A stretch of DNA of 15,296 nt, from assembly GCA_963624325.1 (NCBI GenBank), contig CAVFPH010000027.1:1-15296 (forward strand). Direction: 5' to 3'. This document shows, in pieces, positions 1-5,341 of the stretch. The DNA comes from a bacterium (lineage in GTDB: Bacteria; Bacillota; Clostridia; Christensenellales; Aristaeellaceae). A model generated the notes under the pieces. The model saw only the letters and a list, made by a program, of their open reading frames with translations. It was not told the origin of the DNA and ran no database searches. The stretch's first letter is position 1. Every line of letters begins with the position of its first letter. The position numbers and the translations under genes are program-made.

Positions 1-49
1 GTTTACGGCCGCGCGGACGCTGTTTTCTTTCGCCACGATCTTCAGACAT
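1..49 (-). CDS. rpsR: 30S ribosomal protein S18, N-terminal 16 codons only (gene continues beyond the left edge of the window)
   Basis: The minus strand has ATG at 49..47 and reads MSEDRGERKQRPRGRK, a basic N-terminus typical of S18. An AGGAGGA RBS lies 6 nt upstream. The position directly downstream of ssb matches the conserved rpsF-ssb-rpsR order. The fragment is too short for an independent family assignment. Confidence 0.6.
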   Translation of the reverse strand, partial: MSEDRGERKQRPRGRK

Positions 50-81
50 GGTGCTTCCTCCTATTACAATTCAGTCAATAA

Positions 82-504
82 TCAGAACGGCAGTTCGTCG
101 TCATCCACCTGCACAAAGCCGCTGTTTTGCGGGGCTGCGGGCGCGGCGGCCTGCGGACGCGGCGCGGGAGCTTCGCCGCCCTCGCTGCGCGGGGACAGGA
201 ATTCCACATCGTCGGCAGTCACATCCAGGCTGGCGCGGAAGTTGCCGTCATTGCCGGTATAGGTGCTTACAGACACCGATCCGGTAACGGCCACCTTGCG
301 GCCCTTGGACAGATACTTTGAGCAGTTCTCACCCAGCGCACGCCAGGCGGTAACACGGAAGAAATCAGCCTCGGGCTGACCGGCTTCCGCGTTGCGCACG
401 CGGCGGTTAACCGCCACGGTGAACGAGCAGACGGAGATGCCGTCGCGGGTGGAACGCAGCTCGGGATCGCGCGTCAGGTTTCCCACAATGAAAACCTTGT
501 TCAT
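82..504 (-). CDS. ssb: single-stranded DNA-binding protein (OB fold, acidic C-terminal tip DDDELPF)
   Basis: 140-aa ORF starting MNKVFIVGNLTRDPELR...FRVTAW. A Gly/Pro/Ala-rich linker leads to the canonical acidic tail D-D-D-E-L-P-F. A GGGAGGG RBS lies 6 nt upstream. The gene sits between rpsF and rpsR. Confidence 0.95.
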   Translation of the reverse strand: MNKVFIVGNLTRDPELRSTRDGISVCSFTVAVNRRVRNAEAGQPEADFFRVTAWRALGENCSKYLSKGRKVAVTGSVSVSTYTGNDGNFRASLDVTADDVEFLSPRSEGGEAPAPRPQAAAPAAPQNSGFVQVDDDELPF

Positions 505-522
505 TCGTATCCCTCCCTGTGA

Positions 523-924
523 TTATTCGGCCTCAGCGGGAGCTTCGGCTTCGGCAGCAGGAGCCTCCTCCACAGCGGGAGCGGCTTCCTCAGCCACGGG
601 CGCTACGCGCACGGGGCGGGGCTTTACGTTGCTGCGCTTTTCTTCCACCTTGACAGTCAGGTAGCGAAGGATGCTGTCAGAGATCTGCAGGTTGCGCTCA
701 ATCTCCTTGGGAACAGACGCCTCAGCGGTGTAGTTCACCAGGACATAGTAGCCTTCGGTCTTGTAGTTGATGGGATAGGCCAGACGGCGCTTGCCCCACT
801 CTTCCACCTTTTCCACCTTACCACCCAGGGAATCGACCATGCTGTTGAAGCGATCCATGACCGCCTTGCGGGCATCGTCGTCCAGCGTAGTATCGATGAC
901 GTAGACCAGTTCGTACTTGTTCAT
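523..924 (-). CDS. rpsF: 30S ribosomal protein S6, with an Ala/Glu/Pro-rich C-terminal extension
   Basis: 133-aa ORF starting MNKYELVYVI...RRLAYPINYKTEGYYVLVNY, which is S6-like. A GAGGAGGTG RBS lies 6 nt upstream. It is the first gene of rpsF-ssb-rpsR. Confidence 0.95.
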   Translation of the reverse strand: MNKYELVYVIDTTLDDDARKAVMDRFNSMVDSLGGKVEKVEEWGKRRLAYPINYKTEGYYVLVNYTAEASVPKEIERNLQISDSILRYLTVKVEEKRSNVKPRPVRVAPVAEEAAPAVEEAPAAEAEAPAEAE

Positions 925-990
925 ACTTTCACCTCCTCATGGACTTATGGCGCCGCGGCATCACGCGGCGCAAGGATGTGCCGATTAGAT
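925..990 (-). promoter_or_regulatory. candidate rpsF 5' leader (S6:S18-responsive type): anti-SD, GC hairpin and SD
   Basis: The minus-strand RNA contains CACAUCCUU (plus-strand 972..980). This can pair at 8 of 9 positions with the SD GAGGAGGUG (plus-strand 930..938). The two segments enclose a perfect 8-bp GC hairpin, GCGCCGCG-N6-CGCGGCGC (950..971). The element lies between the predicted promoter and the rpsF ATG. Confidence 0.4.
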
Positions 991-1019
991 ATTATAAGGG
1001 AAAAGCAGCACTTTTTCAA
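991..1019 (-). promoter_or_regulatory. sigma-A-type promoter for rpsF-ssb-rpsR
   Basis: The minus strand reads TTGAAA (1019..1014), a 17-nt spacer, then TATAAT (996..991). The -10 hexamer matches consensus exactly and the -35 (TTGAAA) differs from TTGACA at one position, about 65 nt upstream of the rpsF ATG. Confidence 0.6.
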
Positions 1020-1020
1020 G

Positions 1021-1040
1021 GGGAAAATGAAAATTTTCCC
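1021..1040. repeat. perfect palindrome GGGAAAAT-gaaa-ATTTTCCC (8-4-8) in the divergent rpsF/rpiB intergenic region
   Basis: Read directly from the sequence. It abuts the rpsF -35 hexamer and lies about 45 nt upstream of the candidate rpiB -35. Its function is unknown. Confidence 0.5.
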
Positions 1041-1085
1041 ACTGAACGTCAAACAGGTAAATGCCCTCAGACGGAATGGTTTTGC

Positions 1086-1114
1086 TTGACGCGCCGCCGA
1101 CATCGTGATATCCT
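1086..1114 (+). promoter_or_regulatory. candidate sigma-A promoter for rpiB (extended -10)
   Basis: TTGACG (1086..1091), a 17-nt spacer, then TATCCT (1109..1114) preceded by TGa. It lies about 38 nt upstream of the rpiB ATG. The -10 is weak. Confidence 0.35.
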
Positions 1115-1151
1115 TTAAAACTGTAAATATATCTTGCCGGAGGAGTTTGTC

Positions 1152-1601
1152 ATGATTGCCATTGCCAATGATCATTCCGCGCTGGAAATGAAAAAAGAAA
1201 TTATCTCTCTGCTGGATGAAATGGGCCTGGAATACAAGGATTTCGGTGCCTATTCTTCCGAAAGCTGCAATTATCCCGTGTTCGGTGCCCGTGCCGCCCG
1301 CGCCGTAGCCGGCGGTGAATGCGAGTTCGGCATTCTGCTGTGCGGAACAGGGCTGGGAATCGGCCTTGCGGCCAACAAAATCAAGGGCATCCGCTGCGTT
1401 ACCTGCTCGGATCCGCTGTCTGCCGAGCTGGGACGCCGTCATAACAATGCCAATATGCTGTCCATGGGCGCGCGCATTATCGGACCGGAATTGGCCAAGT
1501 GCATTGCCAAGGCTTTCCTGACCGCAAAGTTTGAGGGCGGACGCCATGCCCTGCGCGTGGAGATGCTAAGCGCCCTGGAACGCGGAGAAGATATCGAATA
1601 A
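1152..1601 (+). CDS. rpiB: ribose-5-phosphate isomerase B (RpiB/LacA/LacB family)
   Basis: MIAIANDHSALEMKKEI...LLCGTGLGIGLAANKIKGIRC...NNANMLSMGAR is typical of RpiB. I prefer ATG 1152, which has a GGAGG RBS 8 nt upstream, over the TTG at 1134 that opens the ORF. Confidence 0.9.
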   Translation: MIAIANDHSALEMKKEIISLLDEMGLEYKDFGAYSSESCNYPVFGARAARAVAGGECEFGILLCGTGLGIGLAANKIKGIRCVTCSDPLSAELGRRHNNANMLSMGARIIGPELAKCIAKAFLTAKFEGGRHALRVEMLSALERGEDIE

Positions 1602-1616
1602 GTTTACCTGCATAAA

Positions 1617-1670
1617 AGCAAAAAATAGGCTGTAAACGGGCGTTTTCGCTCATTTGCAGCCTATTTTTAT
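1617..1670. terminator. bidirectional intrinsic terminator between convergent rpiB and the 1677..2897 gene
   Basis: A long hairpin at 1625..1664 (ATAGGCTGTAAA.GGGCG-TTTT-CGCTC.TTTGCAGCCTAT). It is flanked by an A6 run upstream and a T5 run downstream, so it gives a U-tract on either strand. Confidence 0.7.
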
Positions 1671-1676
1671 GAAAAA

Positions 1677-2897
1677 TTATTCCTCGGAAGCGGATGTCTC
1701 TTCCAGATTTTCAAACAGGTCGCCGCCCACGGTATCTTCGCCTACATTGCTGTAATAGAGCCCGAACACCGCGCCGTTGTAGTAGCCGTCCGTGCGCAGC
1801 TCCGGCACGCTTTTGCGCTGATAGGACTGCATCGCGTAGGCCTCGCGGGCAACCTCCATGGCCGTTTTTCCGCCGAAAAAGTCCAACGGTTGGTCATAAT
1901 CCAGCGTAATCATGGCGGAATCCAGATTGTGCAGATACAGCTTTTTCAGTTGCCAGTTTCCGTAAATCTTGACGCCGTAGCTGACATCGTACTGATCGTC
2001 CATCGCCGTGTAGATGGCGCGCTTTGCGGCATCGGCACAGGCCATGTGGCCGCCGTCTCCGCCTTCGCCGCCCTGCGAATGGGTTACCAGCACATCGGGC
2101 TCGTAGATGCGCACAATGCGCGATACATGTCGGACAAACTGAACCTCACTCCAGGTATCGTACTGCGCGCGCAGGGAACGGCAGAGGCTGGGCTTGAAAT
2201 AGGCAATATAGGGATAATTGGTGATTCCGCAATGCCATAATCCGTCCAGCAGCTCGCATTTATAGGCGGAATTGGTGTTGACGACCACGCACAGCATGAT
2301 CTCTTTGCCCTGCGCGGCATAATAGGGCAGAAGACCGCCAAAGTAAATGTATTCATCACCGGGATCGGTTACAAGCAGCACCATATCGGCTTTGCCCGAA
2401 AACACCTTCCATTGCTGAACCCAGGAGGGAACCTCTCCTTCGCCCAGCACGTGTATTTCGGCAATGTGCAGGGCGTGACGGTCATCCGGACTTTGGCACA
2501 GCAGGCGGACATGCGTGTAGCCCCGGTCAAAGGGCAGGTACTCATTGTACACGGTATTGAACAGATCGGGCTCATAGGCGCGGATGGTTGTCCACTCGCC
2601 GTTTTCATCGGGCACCTGCAGACTCCAGCTGGTAATGTACTGCGCCCAGTTGATGTACAGGCCGTACATGGGGGTATCATCAGGGGAGGTAATCTCCAAA
2701 TACCCTTTTTTGGTGCTGCTCCAGTATGTTCTGTAGCTGCCGTCACGCATGTTGCCAAGATCTTTTTTGGCATTGGATGGGGTGAGGGTGCAAAGATCGG
2801 TAATGTCCTGCGCTTCGCTTGTGTCCTGCTCTGCAAAGGCGGGCAGCGCGAAGAGAAGGACCAAAAACAGCATCAGCGCAAGCAGTGTTTTTTTCAT
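1677..2897 (-). CDS. secreted protein: signal peptide, F5/8 type C (discoidin)-like domain and LmbE/PIG-L-like deacetylase fold with substituted signature motifs
   Basis: 406 aa. The signal peptide is MKKTLLALMLFLVLLFALPAFA|EQ, with an AAGGAG RBS 7 nt upstream. Residues ~30-155 (MRDGSYRTYWSS...YINW...WSLQV..ENGEWTTI) look discoidin-like. Residues ~168-300 follow the LmbE layout (LLVTDPGDE...G..I.L.VV.N......E.L.....GI...IYEPDVLVTH...GDGGH.A.A..A). The function is not established. Confidence 0.8.
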   Translation of the reverse strand: MKKTLLALMLFLVLLFALPAFAEQDTSEAQDITDLCTLTPSNAKKDLGNMRDGSYRTYWSSTKKGYLEITSPDDTPMYGLYINWAQYITSWSLQVPDENGEWTTIRAYEPDLFNTVYNEYLPFDRGYTHVRLLCQSPDDRHALHIAEIHVLGEGEVPSWVQQWKVFSGKADMVLLVTDPGDEYIYFGGLLPYYAAQGKEIMLCVVVNTNSAYKCELLDGLWHCGITNYPYIAYFKPSLCRSLRAQYDTWSEVQFVRHVSRIVRIYEPDVLVTHSQGGEGGDGGHMACADAAKRAIYTAMDDQYDVSYGVKIYGNWQLKKLYLHNLDSAMITLDYDQPLDFFGGKTAMEVAREAYAMQSYQRKSVPELRTDGYYNGAVFGLYYSNVGEDTVGGDLFENLEETSASEE

Positions 2898-2922
2898 GGG
2901 CGGCTCCTTGTCGTCATTTCAG

Positions 2923-2950
2923 AAATAAACCCGGTGCTTTATGCACCGGG
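2923..2950 (-). terminator. intrinsic terminator after the ireB-ruvX-DUF1292 operon
   Basis: The minus strand reads CCCGGTGC-ATAAA-GCACCGGG (2950..2930), followed by TTTATTT. It lies 40 nt downstream of the DUF1292 stop codon. Confidence 0.7.
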
Positions 2951-2989
2951 CATTGTGCGAAACATGCGAAAATGCGCGGGTGCAGAGGC

Positions 2990-3304
2990 TTAATCTTCAT
3001 CCTCCGCATCCATGGCCTGCAGGAAGAGATCAAACACCTTCTGGGTAAGATCGTCATCGTCCACGGACACATAAATGTCTTCGCCCTCGTCATCCTGCGC
3101 AATCTGCAGGATAACCACTTCGCCGTCCTCCGAGTCGGGAGCCTGGCCGTTTTCATCCAGCACCATCAGCACAACATACTCTTCGCCTTCGTAGGGGATG
3201 GTGGTCAGATACTCAAACTTGCTGACCGTGCCGTCTTCATCGGTCAACTCTACGATATTATCCTCTTCTTCTTCGGGGATGTTGTTCTTGATTTCATCAG
3301 ACAT
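2990..3304 (-). CDS. DUF1292 (UPF0473, YrzB-like) acidic protein
   Basis: MSDEIKNNIPEEEEDNIVELTDEDGTVSKFEYL...EGEEYVVL...EVVILQ..DDEGE. This is the acidic pattern typical of the family, in the conserved position downstream of ruvX. I prefer ATG 3304, with an AGGAGGA RBS about 10 nt upstream, over the ORF-track start at 3334. Confidence 0.85.
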   Translation of the reverse strand: MSDEIKNNIPEEEEDNIVELTDEDGTVSKFEYLTTIPYEGEEYVVLMVLDENGQAPDSEDGEVVILQIAQDDEGEDIYVSVDDDDLTQKVFDLFLQAMDAEDED

Positions 3305-3339
3305 GATTGGGTAGATCCTCCTATTATATTGCAAAGAAA

Positions 3340-3765
3340 TCAGGTTTGATTCCTAAGCGTATCCAAATATTGCTGCAGGATAACGGCGGCGGCCACTTTG
3401 TCCACCGTCCCGCGGCGCTCCTGCCTGTGCATGCCGCCTTCAATCAGGGCGCGCTCGGCCGTCACGGTGGTCAGCCGCTCATCCTGAAAGGCAATGTCCA
3501 GCCCGGCGTTTGCCAGCTGCTCTGCCAAGGCCTGCACCTTTTGCGCCTGAAAGCCGATGCTTCCGTCCATGTTGCGCGGCAGACCGCACACAATGCTGCG
3601 CGTACCAAGCTGATCACAGAGCGCCTTGATGTATTTTACATCCGGCCCGAAACCGATGCGGCGGTACACGCTGTGCGGGGAGGCAATCAGACGCATCTCA
3701 TCGCTTACCGCGATGCCGATGCGCACATCGCCCACATCCAGCCCGACAATCTTGCCTGTTGTCAT
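3340..3765 (-). CDS. ruvX: Holliday junction resolvase-like protein RuvX/YqgF
   Basis: 141 aa: GKIVGLDVGDVRIGIAVSD...GLPRNMDGS.G.QAQKV..FA..L...DERLTT..A. This is the YqgF signature. Its ATG overlaps the ireB stop codon (ATGA). Confidence 0.93.
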   Translation of the reverse strand: MTTGKIVGLDVGDVRIGIAVSDEMRLIASPHSVYRRIGFGPDVKYIKALCDQLGTRSIVCGLPRNMDGSIGFQAQKVQALAEQLANAGLDIAFQDERLTTVTAERALIEGGMHRQERRGTVDKVAAAVILQQYLDTLRNQT

Positions 3766-4025
3766 TGATCAAAATTCTCCGACATGTAGAAGGAGACAAT
3801 CTCCTCCAGAATTTCATCGCGTTCCAGACGGCAGATCATGCTGCGGGCATTATCAAAGCTGGTGATATAGGTGGGATCGCCGGTAAGAATGAACCCTGTC
3901 AGCTGCGTGATGGGGTCATAGCCCTTGGCCTGCAGGGCGCGATAAACGTGCTGCAGGATATCGCGTGCGGTATCACGGCTGTCCCGCAGGGCGTGTAGCT
4001 TGGTGGTGTCGGTCAGGTTCGACAT
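3762..4025 (-). CDS. ireB: IreB-family regulatory phosphoprotein (UPF0297/DUF965, YrzL-like)
   Basis: 87 aa: VYRALQAKGYDPITQLTGFILTGDPTYITS matches the UPF0297 core. The RBS is GGAGAGGAGG. The gene is in its conserved position upstream of ruvX. Confidence 0.85.
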   Translation of the reverse strand: MSNLTDTTKLHALRDSRDTARDILQHVYRALQAKGYDPITQLTGFILTGDPTYITSFDNARSMICRLERDEILEEIVSFYMSENFDQ

Positions 4026-4048
4026 GGCGATGCCTCCTCTCCTACCAT

Positions 4049-4077
4049 ATTATACCCTGCACTCCCTGAAATGGCAA
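4049..4077 (-). promoter_or_regulatory. sigma-A-type promoter for ireB-ruvX-DUF1292
   Basis: The minus strand reads TTGCCA (4077..4072), a 17-nt spacer, then TATAAT (4054..4049). It lies about 24 nt upstream of the ireB ATG, which implies a short leader. Confidence 0.55.
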
Positions 4078-4196
4078 TAGGGCAAACGCAGGCAAAAAGT
4101 AAAAAGTGGAATGCTTTTTTGTCATCGGCACAAGACGTTATATCCCATGCAAACAAACCAAATGTAAAATTTGGCACGGAAATGCCATTAAAGATA

Positions 4197-4225
4197 TTGC
4201 ACTGACAGCAAAAAGATGATAAAAA
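4197..4225 (+). promoter_or_regulatory. candidate promoter for the MBL hydrolase gene (extended -10)
   Basis: TTGCAC (4197..4202), a 17-nt spacer, then TAAAAA (4220..4225) preceded by TGa. It lies about 30 nt upstream of ATG 4257. Confidence 0.35.
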
Positions 4226-4256
4226 AGGAGTGGATCGGAGCAAGGAGGACGACAGA

Positions 4257-5198
4257 ATGAAAACGGGAAAACGATTGCTTGCGCTGGTATTGATTTTGTG
4301 CCTGTGGTGCGTCGGCGCGCTTTCGGAGGATGTCCGCTATGCGGAGGTTTACGATACCTCAAACGATGCCGGCAGGCTTACCGTACGCTATGTGTGGCTG
4401 GGCCCGCAAACGGGGGACGATAAGCCGGGAGACTGCATGATCCTTACATCGCCGGACGGAAAGGTTATGGTGCTGGATGCCGGGCATCCGCAGTCCACGC
4501 AGTACATCATCGATGCGCTGGATGCAATGGGGATAGAAAAGATCGATATTCTGGTGGCAACGCATCCGCATATCGATCATATCGGCGGCATGGCGGCGCT
4601 GATGGATCGCTATGAGATCGGCATTCATTACTCAACCGAGCTGTGGCACACAACCAATACCTACAAGGGGTATCTTGCCGCGATTGAGCGAAACCGAATC
4701 AATCAGGTTTACCTGCACGAGGGCGATACCTTCATGTTCGGTGACAGCGTAACGGTGTATGTGTACAATCCCGAGGCGGATATTGCCTATTATGACGGCT
4801 ATCCCCAAAGCGGCACGCAGTTTATGAACAATCATTCGCTGGTGCTTAAGTTTGTTTACGGGGATTCGTCCTTCCTGATGGCGGGCGATTTGTACACAAC
4901 GGGAGAGCAGGACATTGTCAAGCGCTGGGGAGATGCCTTGCATGCCGATGTTATCAAGGCCAATCACCACGGCCTGGATACATCCAATTCGCCGAAGTGG
5001 CGCAAGACCGTCACCCCCGAAATTACGGTGATTACCAATGATCTGCTGGGAAGCGTTGCGGTGGCGGAAAAGTATTGCCGGAACGGAAAGCAGATGTACC
5101 ATACTTTCCTTGACGGGGATGTGCGTGTCAGTACGGCGGGCGACGGCGAATACGAGGTGGTAACCGGCAAAGACAGGCAGACAGACTACTTTGACTGA
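4257..5198 (+). CDS. secreted MBL-fold metallo-hydrolase, ComEC C-terminal-domain type, stand-alone
   Basis: MKTGKRLLALVLILCLWCVGALS|ED is a signal peptide. The HxHxDH motif THPHIDHIGG is encoded at ~4560..4589. NNHSLVLKF.YGDSSFLMAGDL and IKANHHGLDTSNS match the ComEC/Rec2 lactamase-B domain pattern. I prefer ATG 4257, with an AAGGAGGA RBS 7 nt upstream, over the GTG at 4230. Confidence 0.85.
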   Translation: MKTGKRLLALVLILCLWCVGALSEDVRYAEVYDTSNDAGRLTVRYVWLGPQTGDDKPGDCMILTSPDGKVMVLDAGHPQSTQYIIDALDAMGIEKIDILVATHPHIDHIGGMAALMDRYEIGIHYSTELWHTTNTYKGYLAAIERNRINQVYLHEGDTFMFGDSVTVYVYNPEADIAYYDGYPQSGTQFMNNHSLVLKFVYGDSSFLMAGDLYTTGEQDIVKRWGDALHADVIKANHHGLDTSNSPKWRKTVTPEITVITNDLLGSVAVAEKYCRNGKQMYHTFLDGDVRVSTAGDGEYEVVTGKDRQTDYFD

Positions 5199-5257
5199 CC
5201 GGGGTACGCCCACCGCGCAGCCGATGCTGTAAATGCTTTTGGACAATTTAATTTCGG

Positions 5258-5291
5258 CATCCGGTCTTTTCACAGGCCGGATGTTTATATT
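5258..5291 (+). terminator. intrinsic terminator after the MBL hydrolase gene
   Basis: A 10-bp stem (CATCCGGTCT / AGGCCGGATG, with one G-U pair) and a 6-nt loop at 5258..5283. It is followed by TTTATATT. Confidence 0.6.
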
Positions 5292-5306
5292 ATGTTCATA
5301 AATTTG

Positions 5307-5315
5307 TGGTAAAAT
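5307..5315 (+). promoter_or_regulatory. candidate extended -10 element (TGgTAAAAT) for the ABC transporter gene
   Basis: TGGTAAAAT lies about 27 nt upstream of the ATG. There is no good -35 hexamer 17 nt upstream, so it would depend on the TG extension. Confidence 0.3.
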
Positions 5316-5341
5316 CAGCCGAAACTGAGTAAGGGAGATGG

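Noticed and set aside
4175-4189. A sigma-54-like motif, TGGCACggaaaTGCC, upstream of the MBL hydrolase gene.
   Set aside because: The GG and GC dinucleotides are separated by 9 nt, not the 10 nt required by the TGGCAC-N5-TTGC consensus. The -12 element lacks TTGC, and no enhancer-binding-protein gene is nearby. The same bases also form a trivial 5-bp inverted repeat (TGGCA/TGCCA).
4013-4362. Small ORFs (76 aa and 74 aa, minus strand) in the ireB/MBL intergenic region, considered as possible hidden peptides.
   Set aside because: They overlap the ireB start and the MBL gene start. They have no RBS and their composition is Cys/Phe-rich and nonsense-like. The region is better explained by two divergent promoters.
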